The notes beneath the pieces were generated by a model. That model was given only the letters and a program-made list of their open reading frames with translations. It was not told the DNA's origin and ran no database searches. The translations under genes and the position numbers were made by a program. A DNA stretch of 64,000 nt from an uncultured archaeon (GTDB lineage Archaea; Nanobdellota; Nanobdellia; Woesearchaeales; UBA9642): positions 6,596-70,595 of the forward strand of contig CAVZPN010000024.1 in NCBI GenBank assembly GCA_963777125.1. The letters are read 5' to 3'. The stretch's first letter is position 1; each line of letters starts with the position of its first letter. Below, piece after piece: positions 50,745 through 60,279 of the stretch.

Positions 50745-52046
50745 ATGGTATTCAAACTAAACAATAAAATATTCTTAATAAGCACCTTAGTAATTGTTTT
50801 AATTTTAATTACTGGATGCGGAAGCACTACAAGTAATGTTCAAAAAAAATATTACACAGGATATAACAGTTTAGAAATGAATTTTTTAAGCGATAGTCCA
50901 CCATCAATATTTTATTATGACAGTGAAGCTCATGATAGAGGGGACTATGCTGCAAATACTATACCAATACTTGTTCAAATACAAAATAAAGGTTCATCTG
51001 ACAGTTATGGTGCATTATTTATACATGGATTTGATCCAAATATAGTTGCTATTCAAGGATATACTTCAGGATTTCCAGGATATAATGGTCCAATTAGAGG
51101 AGCTAGTTCTTTTGGCGGATGGTACGGTAACAATAATAATTATGCAATTAACGCATTAAATGTTCCTATAGGTACAAATAGCTATAGTTTAAATCTTCAA
51201 AAAGTCAATGGCCAAACAGGAATATCTTTTTCATCATTTGGATCTCGTTCACAATTATTCGGATCACTCGGATTCTCTAAGACATCACAAGTAGGAACTG
51301 GCTATACTGGAATAAATGTTGGTGTAGTACAAAATCGTGTTGGCTCAGTATTAAATCCTATAACTCGAGGAATGTTTAATCAATATGGTTGGAATGGTTG
51401 GTTAAAAGAACTTGAATTAGAGGGTAGAAATTCTGAAAATCCTGCAGGCGGAATGGATGTTATAGAATTCCCTGCAACAATATTAACACTTCCTCCATCA
51501 CTAGAAGAATTTAGACAAAGAGTAATGGTTACATCATGTTTTGATTACGCAACACATTCATCAACAATGGTATGTATTGATCCAGAACCATACTCTAATG
51601 TTAAAAAATCTTGTTTAATAAATACTGTAAGCGGAGGCGCAGGTCAAGGAGCTCCTGTTGCGGTTACAAGTATTGAACAAAGACCTGGCAAGGGCAGAAC
51701 TACATTTATTATAAATATTAGACACAATAAACAAGGAACATACGATGAATTATATGATTACTTTAATTTATACAAATGTGATCCAGCATCTGGCGCAACT
51801 GTAAAAACAAATGATAAAAACATTGTATATGTTGGATATGTGTACTTATCTCAATATGATATAACAATGGATTGTATGCCTGATCAAATGATTAGACTTG
51901 ATGATTCGGGTTCAGGTCAGATAACATGTTCAATAACTTTCCCAGAAGGAATGGCAAGTAGCGCATATCAAGCACCGCTTGAAGTAGAATTATGGTATGG
52001 TTATTCGAAAACAATATACAAAGATATGATTATTAGAAGAATATAA
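50745..52046 (+). CDS. Surface lipoprotein, paralog 2, with Gly/Ser/Asn-rich insert
   Basis: LITGC lipobox; G..SL.M.FL.D.PP; CFDY.T.....CIDP; GQGAPVAVT.I; L.VEL.YGY. Confidence 0.8.
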   Translation: MVFKLNNKIFLISTLVIVLILITGCGSTTSNVQKKYYTGYNSLEMNFLSDSPPSIFYYDSEAHDRGDYAANTIPILVQIQNKGSSDSYGALFIHGFDPNIVAIQGYTSGFPGYNGPIRGASSFGGWYGNNNNYAINALNVPIGTNSYSLNLQKVNGQTGISFSSFGSRSQLFGSLGFSKTSQVGTGYTGINVGVVQNRVGSVLNPITRGMFNQYGWNGWLKELELEGRNSENPAGGMDVIEFPATILTLPPSLEEFRQRVMVTSCFDYATHSSTMVCIDPEPYSNVKKSCLINTVSGGAGQGAPVAVTSIEQRPGKGRTTFIINIRHNKQGTYDELYDYFNLYKCDPASGATVKTNDKNIVYVGYVYLSQYDITMDCMPDQMIRLDDSGSGQITCSITFPEGMASSAYQAPLEVELWYGYSKTIYKDMIIRRI

Positions 52047-52104
52047 ATTAGTATAATAATAGTATAAACAAATATAATAATTAAATAAACCTAAAGGTGA
52101 TAAA

Positions 52105-53088
52105 ATGAATAAAGGCATAGTATTGGTAATGATTTTGGCTATAAGTTTGTTTTTAACTGGTTGCGGTAATACGGGCACAACAACCGGTAAAACATTTATT
52201 GGTGGAACAGAAGGATTAAAAACAAGTTTTCTTTCAGGAAATCCTCCAGCTGTAACAACAGACGGCGGAACTACACCATTTAGTATCGGCATAAAAATGG
52301 AAAATATGGGAGAAAGTAGTATTAAATCTAGCGACGGATATGTAGAAATTTGGGGAGCAGATGCTTCAACATATAGTTCTAAATATCCTGACTTTAAAAA
52401 AACATTTTCACAAGAAGCAACTTTTGGAGAAGAATTAAGTGGTGCTAAAATGAATTATGGTAACCAACTACACGGCGGAACCAGCACTCTTACATTTGAT
52501 GACTTAAAATATGTTCCTATAATCACTGGTGATAATCGTGAACAATTAATTAGAGCAAATGTTTGTTACAAATACTCAACACAAGCAACAGCACAAATTT
52601 GTGTAAAAAATAATATAGAACAAGCACTTAGTGGAAAAGAAATATGTACTGTTGAAGAAGAGAAAAATCCTCAAAATAGCGGCGCACCAATACATATTAC
52701 ATCATTAAAAGAATTCTATGGGGGTAATGGAAAAATAGGAATAACATTAACAATTGCTCATGTAGGAAATGGAGATGCATTTTTCAAAGATGATCAAATA
52801 AAATGCGTTGATAGCTTAAGCAACGGCGATAAAGGAAAAGTCAGAATAAAATTCAAAGACATACAATTAGGTGGAAAGAGTATTCCTGTAGTATGCCCTG
52901 GCGTTAGCGAAGATGGATATGTTAGATTGTATAGCGAAGGTGCAGGAAAAGAATCAACTAATGTTCAATGTACAATCGATGTTTCTGGCAATAAAAATGT
53001 TGTAGAGGTACCAATAGAAGCAGAATTAAGCTACGTATACTTACAACACATAGAAACTGGCTTAACAATACGACATGTAGTTCAATAA
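52105..53088 (+). CDS. Surface lipoprotein, paralog 3
   Basis: FLTGC lipobox; GGTEGL..SFL.G.PP; VCYKY.T.A...ICV; NSGAPI.IT; I.AEL.Y.Y. Confidence 0.8.
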   Translation: MNKGIVLVMILAISLFLTGCGNTGTTTGKTFIGGTEGLKTSFLSGNPPAVTTDGGTTPFSIGIKMENMGESSIKSSDGYVEIWGADASTYSSKYPDFKKTFSQEATFGEELSGAKMNYGNQLHGGTSTLTFDDLKYVPIITGDNREQLIRANVCYKYSTQATAQICVKNNIEQALSGKEICTVEEEKNPQNSGAPIHITSLKEFYGGNGKIGITLTIAHVGNGDAFFKDDQIKCVDSLSNGDKGKVRIKFKDIQLGGKSIPVVCPGVSEDGYVRLYSEGAGKESTNVQCTIDVSGNKNVVEVPIEAELSYVYLQHIETGLTIRHVVQ

Positions 53089-53354
53089 ATAATTGAACTA
53101 TAATTTTTTAATTTACTTTTTTATTTTCTTACTTCTCATTCTAAATATTATAAAAATTATTCAAACAAAAATTAACACTATTACAACTAAATACCTAACT
53201 TCTTAAAATATGCTGACGTTAAATATTATTAAAATAGACGTAAATTAAAACAAAGAATCCGGCATATCGGATTAATCTCTAATATAATAAATCATAAGTA
53301 GGAGTAAATAGAAAATAGTTATTAAAATATTTGATTAAATAAAATCATTCTTAC

Positions 53355-54575
53355 TTAACTTGTTACAAACATTCCGCCCATAAGTGTTGCAAACATCATA
53401 GAAGCCACATAATAAATTATTAATGATATAATTATAAATATTGGAATAAGCTTAGTACCATCTTTAACACTGCCTTTTCTAATAACACTAATTATAGCTG
53501 CAGAAAAGAACGAAGATATAATTAATACTAACATCGAAAATCTTCTAAAATCGTTAACATTAATGCTGTCATTAGAAAAATTAAAACTAAAAGAACCCAT
53601 ACCAGAGCTGTCTAATTGCAAACTACCAAAAATTTGCTGTATGATAATTAATAATTGAGTACTTAATGCAAATAATAATGGTGCCGCAAGTACTGAAGCT
53701 ACACCAATAAATATTGCATAAGTTGTAACACTAGCACCGATTTCTTTACGCATTAATTGCGTTTCTTTAATATTACTAGATAATTTATTCAATAATACTG
53801 CCATTTCTCCGCCGCTTCTAATACCCTCTACGATTAAATTTATTGTCTCTCGCAACATTCTTGATTCATACTTAGTTCCAAGACGCAATAATGCCGTTTC
53901 TAAATCATCTCCAACAATCGTAGATTTAGCAACATTTTCCATTTCTACAGCAAGTATTCCAAATTTTGATCGTATAGCATACCATAATGCTCTATCAACA
54001 GTCATTCCTGCACTAATATTAGCAGAAGCTAATTGTAAAAAATCAGGTAATGATTCTTCAATTTGACGTACACGATTATACATTTGTACATCCAAATATA
54101 AAAATATTGCAAGTATTGATAAAAAATATATTGCTAAAAATACTAATATCCAAATTACTAGTAAAAACAAGAATAATACATCAAGAGATTTATGATTAAC
54201 AATTACAAAAGATAAGATAATAAAAGATAATATTGCAGATATTATTGCGACAATTGTTAATATCTTTTTATTAATGTCTCTCGGACTAATCTCAAGACCC
54301 ATCCTAGTAACAAAATCTGCAAATAATCCTATTAACTTTTTTTTAGGCTTTGAAACTCTATCAAATTTACTGCTATTTTTTTGTAAGGCAACTCTCTTTA
54401 AATCTTTTTCAAAAGTGGCTTGATCAAAGTGTGCTTTTAATAAATTATTAAACTTGTCTCTAAAATTATTTAATGAGTTGAATTCTTTAAACTGTACAGA
54501 ACTATCTTGACTAGATATTAACTCTTCTTTAAAGTTTTTCAAACTTCTCTTTTTGTGTTCTATTGTATCGCTCAT
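53355..54575 (-). CDS. Type II/IV secretion system F-family platform protein (TadC/FlaJ-like)
   Basis: IEESLPDFL....NISAGMT...AL, FG.LA.E, SGGEMA.LL; multiple TMs. Confidence 0.9.
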   Translation of the reverse strand: MSDTIEHKKRSLKNFKEELISSQDSSVQFKEFNSLNNFRDKFNNLLKAHFDQATFEKDLKRVALQKNSSKFDRVSKPKKKLIGLFADFVTRMGLEISPRDINKKILTIVAIISAILSFIILSFVIVNHKSLDVLFLFLLVIWILVFLAIYFLSILAIFLYLDVQMYNRVRQIEESLPDFLQLASANISAGMTVDRALWYAIRSKFGILAVEMENVAKSTIVGDDLETALLRLGTKYESRMLRETINLIVEGIRSGGEMAVLLNKLSSNIKETQLMRKEIGASVTTYAIFIGVASVLAAPLLFALSTQLLIIIQQIFGSLQLDSSGMGSFSFNFSNDSINVNDFRRFSMLVLIISSFFSAAIISVIRKGSVKDGTKLIPIFIIISLIIYYVASMMFATLMGGMFVTS

Positions 54576-54633
54576 TTTTCTATTATTAATATTATTTATA
54601 CAATCATAATATAACTACATTATAAACATCATT

Positions 54634-55425
54634 TTATGTACTTATGGATGGTCTTGATGACTTTGCAACTGATAAAAACATAAATTGTACAAATCCAATC
54701 ATCACTGCAAGTACAACGAGTATAGTCATACTAATCTTTAAACCCATAAATGAAGCAGCAATTACTAGCATAGTTATTCCGAGTGATGGTACAATTATGG
54801 AAATAGTCATATAAAACATTGCTAAAGGACTAAGTTTTTTACCATATTCTGAAACAGCAATAGCTTGTTCTCGAACAATTTGTTCAGCCACTGAATTTAA
54901 TGCTCCTGCAACTTCAGTTCCTGTTTGCAAAGAATTCATTACTTGCCATAATAATCTTCGTAAATTTGGTGAAGGCGAAGTATTTAATGTATCACTTATG
55001 GCATCTTCCATTGTGGTCCCAAAATAAACTTTATTCAATATTTCACCAAAATAATATCCTATATATTCATAATTTTTTTCCATATCCTCAAATATTTTAT
55101 GTATTGGAACACCAGATTCTATTCCAATAATTAAAAATCGTGCAGCAAAAATTATTTCTTCATCTATTTTCTTTTTTATCTTTTCTATTTTTACATCTAC
55201 ATATTTTATAAAATACATAAATAAAAAAGGAAGACTAAATGGAATAATTAATATTGCCAAAAATGACGAAGTAAAAAAAAAGAACATAAAAAATAAACCT
55301 ATAGAAATCATCACTATTGTTGCAACTGTAGATTTAATATACTCTTCAGGCTCAGCAAGTATACCTGCTTGTCTAAGTTTTAGTCTTAACTCAGGCATAC
55401 GTTTGGAAAGGTAGGAATATAGCAT
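54634..55425 (-). CDS. Type II/IV secretion system F-family platform protein (TadB-like)
   Basis: L..KLRQAG, IDEE..FA.R......SGVP, SPS..LRR.LWQ, EYG.KL.PLAMFYM. Confidence 0.88.
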   Translation of the reverse strand: MLYSYLSKRMPELRLKLRQAGILAEPEEYIKSTVATIVMISIGLFFMFFFFTSSFLAILIIPFSLPFLFMYFIKYVDVKIEKIKKKIDEEIIFAARFLIIGIESGVPIHKIFEDMEKNYEYIGYYFGEILNKVYFGTTMEDAISDTLNTSPSPNLRRLLWQVMNSLQTGTEVAGALNSVAEQIVREQAIAVSEYGKKLSPLAMFYMTISIIVPSLGITMLVIAASFMGLKISMTILVVLAVMIGFVQFMFLSVAKSSRPSIST

Positions 55426-55541
55426 AATATCACATTTTTGTTAAAACAATAACAACCCATAATAATATATTAAGGTTAAGTACAATATACTCACACATTA
55501 CAATTAATAGAGTATAATCTTATTATAATTAAAAGTAATAC

Positions 55542-57839
55542 TTATTTAGTTTTTTTACTTAGTTTATTCGATTTAGATGAGTCTAATTTTGCTTTAGTTT
55601 TAGAAGACCCTTTTGATTTGTTTTCAGTTGATTTTGTATTGGGCTTTTTAGAGGAACTAGATTTATTCAAATTATCATCTGGAGTAGTAGAATTAACAGC
55701 AGCATTAACTGCGCTTTTTGAATCGGAAGCATTAACAGCAGCAGCACTTGAATCTACAGTTGGAATTTTTAATGCAGAATTAGATTCTGGAACTACAGGT
55801 AATTCTATTTTTAGTTGTGATGCTAGAGGGAAATCTTTATTTGAATTAACATATTTCATAAGATTTGGCTTTGCAGTATAATATTCTGCAACAATTCTTC
55901 CTACACCATCAACATCATCAATATTTTTCGAAACTAAATATTTTAACACCTTCACCTTATCATCTAATTCTTTATTTATTTCAGCCGTAGTCATACCAGT
56001 AAACAATGCAATATTATCAAATAATGATTTAGATTTACTTATTTGCACAAGAACATCTTTATTAATATCATACTGCATTATTACATTAGCTTCACCAGTA
56101 GATAATATTTCAGCAATTTGGAACGTTCTTCTTTTACCGCTTCTTCTATTTCTAAATTGTACTATTATTAAGGATATTGCTGGCAACATAATTTTTGGAA
56201 CGTCAAGCGGAGCATTTGTCAATCTCTCAACTGTCTCTTTAGCGCTATTTGCGTGAAATGTTGCATATACTGAGTGTCCAGTGTGTATTGCTTCGAATAA
56301 TGTTTCTGTTTCTCTCTTTCTTCTAACTTCTCCTACAAGAATTCTATCTGGTCTCATTCTTAAACTATTAACGAGTAAATCTCCCATATTTATTTCTCCT
56401 TTTCCTTCAGCATTTGGAAGAGTAGTATTTAATGGAACCCAATGTAAAAACTTTGGAAGAACAATTTCTCTTGTATCTTCAATACTTAAAATTCTTTGAT
56501 TTGGCGGGAAAAAATTAGCGAAAACATTTAATGCTGAAGTCTTACCTGAAGCTGTTCCTCCTGCAATTAAAGCAGATAATTCAAATTGTATTGCTGTCCA
56601 TATTAATGCTGCAGCTTCAGCTGAAATTGTTGCTGTTCTAATAAATTTAGTTATAGTCCATGGATCCTTAGAAAACTTTCTAATAGTCATAGTATTACCA
56701 TTTGTTGAAACAGGACTTAAAGTAGCATTTACTCTATCTCCAGTTCCTAAATTTGCATCTAAAAGAGGAGTTAGAACAGTAATTTGTCTTCCGACTCTTC
56801 TTCCAATAATACTTGCATAATGTCTTATTTGCTCTTCACTTTTCAGATATACATTTGTTCTAAGCCAATTGTATTTTTTATGATATACCCATGCTGGCTC
56901 AGATGATTGATTTATTACTACTTCTTCAAGTAATTCATCATTCATTAATAATTCTAAATTACCAAGACCTAAACTATGCATTTTCAAATAAGATCTTAAA
57001 AATCCTACTGTATCAATATCGCTGTCAGGAAAATATTTACCGATAAGTATATCTATTAATTGATTAAATTTATCTTCCACCATATCTGTTTTTTTAACAT
57101 TACCTATTTCTTCTGCACCCAAACTTACCCTTCTTATCAATTCTAAACGTACTTTTTCAAGAATCATTTCGGTAGTTTTACTTATTGCGGAAATTTGTAA
57201 ATTATATATAGGAACAAATTCACCAATCTTTTTAACAACAGTCACAGTTATGGGAATACCTTCTGATTTAAATTCATAAGTATCGAGTAATTTATCCTCA
57301 TTACTCTCAATATCTTCAGAATCATTAGAAACTTTAGATAACTTTTTTGTATCTACTAAAATATTTTTAGCGGATTTAGCAGACTTATTACTTTTAGAAA
57401 GTTTAACTAAATTATCAACAGAATTAGTACTCTCACCAGCAGACTTAGTTGCAGTTAAATCTATAGACTTATCTATAATTTTGGCAGATTTATTTACAGC
57501 AGAATCTTTTGATAGATCCTCTTTTTGTATATCCTTAATTATGGATGATTCTTCTAACTCTTTTTTATATTTTTTAGAATTTTCTAAAGTCTTATCAAAA
57601 AGAGAATGAATTGCGTTAGAAACAACATTAACGGGATTTTTATCATTAGAAATAATTTCTGTTTTAGAAGAATTTACAGATTTAACATCATCAGCAGGCA
57701 TATTAAGAACATCTTTTTTAGAAGTAAGAGCAGTAACTGGCTCTTCTTTAGTATTCTTCTCTTTAGTAGCATGCTCTTTAACATGCGCTTTACTAGTTGA
57801 TGATTTTTTACTCATTATTTTCAATAGTCTGTTTCCCAC
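55542..57839 (-). CDS. Type IV pilus/Tad assembly ATPase (CpaF/TadA/FlaI family) with long low-complexity termini
   Basis: GGTASGKTS Walker A, SIEDTRE, LRMRPDRILVGEVR, TGHS...TFHA. Confidence 0.95.
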   Translation of the reverse strand: MGNRLLKIMSKKSSTSKAHVKEHATKEKNTKEEPVTALTSKKDVLNMPADDVKSVNSSKTEIISNDKNPVNVVSNAIHSLFDKTLENSKKYKKELEESSIIKDIQKEDLSKDSAVNKSAKIIDKSIDLTATKSAGESTNSVDNLVKLSKSNKSAKSAKNILVDTKKLSKVSNDSEDIESNEDKLLDTYEFKSEGIPITVTVVKKIGEFVPIYNLQISAISKTTEMILEKVRLELIRRVSLGAEEIGNVKKTDMVEDKFNQLIDILIGKYFPDSDIDTVGFLRSYLKMHSLGLGNLELLMNDELLEEVVINQSSEPAWVYHKKYNWLRTNVYLKSEEQIRHYASIIGRRVGRQITVLTPLLDANLGTGDRVNATLSPVSTNGNTMTIRKFSKDPWTITKFIRTATISAEAAALIWTAIQFELSALIAGGTASGKTSALNVFANFFPPNQRILSIEDTREIVLPKFLHWVPLNTTLPNAEGKGEINMGDLLVNSLRMRPDRILVGEVRRKRETETLFEAIHTGHSVYATFHANSAKETVERLTNAPLDVPKIMLPAISLIIVQFRNRRSGKRRTFQIAEILSTGEANVIMQYDINKDVLVQISKSKSLFDNIALFTGMTTAEINKELDDKVKVLKYLVSKNIDDVDGVGRIVAEYYTAKPNLMKYVNSNKDFPLASQLKIELPVVPESNSALKIPTVDSSAAAVNASDSKSAVNAAVNSTTPDDNLNKSSSSKKPNTKSTENKSKGSSKTKAKLDSSKSNKLSKKTK

Positions 57840-57932
57840 TTATATCCCCACACCACTCTTAACAGTCTAAATTCTAACAGGTCAATATCCTCTCAATCAT
57901 CTCAATGTAGCAATAATACCGCATAAACATAC

Positions 57933-57976
57933 AATATATACTTAATATATATTTAATATATACTTAATATATACTT
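57933..57976. repeat. Four tandem 11-bp repeats (AATATATACTT)
   Basis: Copies at 57933, 57944 (one mismatch), 57955 and 57966, upstream of the ATPase gene. Confidence 0.85.
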
Positions 57977-57990
57977 AAATAAATATTACA

Positions 57991-59151
57991 TTACTTAGTT
58001 TTTTTAAACATTGAAATTAATTGTGATATCTTTCCTTTAATAGACATCTTTTTATTCTCAAATTCTTTAATTTTTGATTCAATATCTTTTAATTCTGATT
58101 TAATATGCACACTTGAAGTTAATAGAGTAAATGAAATAACTTTTGCCTTTAAAGCTTCGAGTTCTTTTGCTAAAGATAACTTATCACTTTCAATTTCTGT
58201 AATTAATTTTTCAATAGTAATGTTTTTGGAAAAAAAGCCTTCAAAACCCTTATGTACTTTATCACTTAATGCTGAATGTGCATTAATACTTTCTTTTTGC
58301 GAACTTAATTCTTTCTCTATTTGTGCTTGAGTTTTAAAAATCTTATCTTCGTTTGATTTTAAAGCAAGTATTTTTTTTGTTAATAAACTACTTTTTTTAT
58401 CTGAAATTTCCTGATCTAAATTATCTAAAGAAAGTTTATATTTGAGAATAGTTTTATTAGCATCATCAAATTTATTTTTATAATCTAAGATAACTTTATC
58501 GATATTTTTCAAAGATTCTTTCAAAGAAGTAACTGTTCGTTCATAATCATTACGTAATTTTACTAATTCTTCAATTTTTTTACCATATTGATCAACATTA
58601 GTTCTTTCTTTTGCAATTACATTATGTAATTCATCATATTTTTGTGATTCTAATTTTAATTTGTCTTGCGCTTCTTTAACAAAAGAATCATAATCAATTC
58701 TCTGTTTATCAATATCTTTGCCTAAATTCTTTCTTAAAGAATCATATCTATCGAGTTCAGTTAATTGAGTTTTTACTAAATTAATTTCCTCTTTAATATT
58801 GCTTTGAATTTTTGCAAATTCCGCTCTAATAGTCTCAAAATCGCTAGTTTCTTCTTGTAATGCGCTTAATGCAACATCGATTTTTCTTGCTAAAGCATCT
58901 TTTTCTGATGTTACTTCTTTAATATTTGTTAATACGTCTTCTTTGCCTATTTTTCGTTCAGAAATAAATATTTTAGAAAGATGATACTCAAGACTTACAA
59001 GTCCTTCCTCTTCTAGAAATTCAGCCCATTCTTGCACAACATTCTTACCTACACCTAAAGTTTTTGCAGCTGAATCTAGATCTAAGCGCTTTTTTTCGGA
59101 TACAAGTTCAACTAACTTATCCACACCAGTTGTAATGCTTCTTCTCACCAT
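57991..59151 (-). CDS. N-terminal winged-helix-like domain + long coiled-coil protein
   Basis: ITTGVDKLVELV....L...AK.LGV....V.EWAEFLEEEGLV, followed by about 300 aa of heptads. Confidence 0.75.
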   Translation of the reverse strand: MVRRSITTGVDKLVELVSEKKRLDLDSAAKTLGVGKNVVQEWAEFLEEEGLVSLEYHLSKIFISERKIGKEDVLTNIKEVTSEKDALARKIDVALSALQEETSDFETIRAEFAKIQSNIKEEINLVKTQLTELDRYDSLRKNLGKDIDKQRIDYDSFVKEAQDKLKLESQKYDELHNVIAKERTNVDQYGKKIEELVKLRNDYERTVTSLKESLKNIDKVILDYKNKFDDANKTILKYKLSLDNLDQEISDKKSSLLTKKILALKSNEDKIFKTQAQIEKELSSQKESINAHSALSDKVHKGFEGFFSKNITIEKLITEIESDKLSLAKELEALKAKVISFTLLTSSVHIKSELKDIESKIKEFENKKMSIKGKISQLISMFKKTK

Positions 59152-59250
59152 CTTTATAAACTAAATTCACCTTTACTTATATAATTTTGTTACAACTATT
59201 AAATTAACAAGCACAATGATGCTTAAATTAATACTTCAATCTACCTTAAG

Positions 59251-60279
59251 TTAAGGACATGCTGTTTCATTTATATTATCTAAACCATAAAATGTTTTTC
59301 TATCTCTTGGCAATATTAAAGGATACAAAGGATTATGAGTTAAATTAATACATACTTTATTAACATTTAAATCGTTAAAATAAATATAATCTACCTTTAT
59401 TCGTTTAGGATATGATGTTAATTCGGGATTCAATAAAATCCTATCATCTACAATACTTTCTATACCGTAAGGATCTGAAGTAGTTTTTCCTTCAAAACGC
59501 ATAATAAAAGTAGGAGCATTACTAGATTCAATATAATACGAACTATTAATATGATTTTGTAAAGTCATAAGACTAATATCATTAAACAAAATACTAGAAT
59601 TAATAGTAGAATTTAATCTTCGGATAGTATTTGGAACTTTATTAAATGTATTTTTACTATATAAGGGATCTCTTAAATTATCAATAGGAACGGTTGTTAC
59701 GTATTCTTTATTAATATTCCATGATGCAGTATGTTTATTATCTATAAGAGTTATATTCAAAGCCATATATACATCAATATTCCATGGATCAGATTGCACT
59801 AAATTAATATTTGAAACATTAATGTTTAAATCCATACCAGTATTACTAGATATAGCATCTACTTTAGAAACATAATCATAAAAAGTCGAATTAGCCATTA
59901 TGGGCGAGTTAGTTCCATTTATTGTACCATAATAAAACGTTTCTCTAAAAGACTCATTAATATTTGTTAAATAAACCCCGCTCGTAGTTACATAATCCTC
60001 GAGAGCCAATAAAGTCCTAAACGCAGAGATATATGTTGCACGGTGAATATCATTATTTAAATTTTTAGTAAAATCATTCATTGATCTGATCCTTATTTGT
60101 TGTAATAATTCTTGATCTTGATATCTGTAATTACTAGCAGCAAAAAATATACTAAGTAAAATAGCAACCATAAGCGTTGTAACTAAAACATAAGTAAATC
60201 CTTTACGACTTTTTCTAGAAGTAATGATTAAATTAGATAGTATATTCTTTAAATTCTTAAGTAGCATAATCATTGCCAT
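59251..60279 (-). CDS. Pilin-like protein with class III signal peptide
   Basis: SRKG-FTYVLVTTLMVAILLSIFF; L.DPLY, AP.F.MRFEG, YGIES and VDYIYF motifs seen in archaeal pilus-locus proteins. Confidence 0.75.
   Translation of the reverse strand: MAMIMLLKNLKNILSNLIITSRKSRKGFTYVLVTTLMVAILLSIFFAASNYRYQDQELLQQIRIRSMNDFTKNLNNDIHRATYISAFRTLLALEDYVTTSGVYLTNINESFRETFYYGTINGTNSPIMANSTFYDYVSKVDAISSNTGMDLNINVSNINLVQSDPWNIDVYMALNITLIDNKHTASWNINKEYVTTVPIDNLRDPLYSKNTFNKVPNTIRRLNSTINSSILFNDISLMTLQNHINSSYYIESSNAPTFIMRFEGKTTSDPYGIESIVDDRILLNPELTSYPKRIKVDYIYFNDLNVNKVCINLTHNPLYPLILPRDRKTFYGLDNINETACP

Noticed and set aside
53355..57839. Archaellum (fla/arl) operon
   Set aside because: No FlaH, FlaF/G or archaellin visible; two separate platform genes fit a Tad/type IV pilus.
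57933..57976. Tandem repeats as a CRISPR array
   Set aside because: Units are 11 bp with no spacers, and there are no cas genes in the window.
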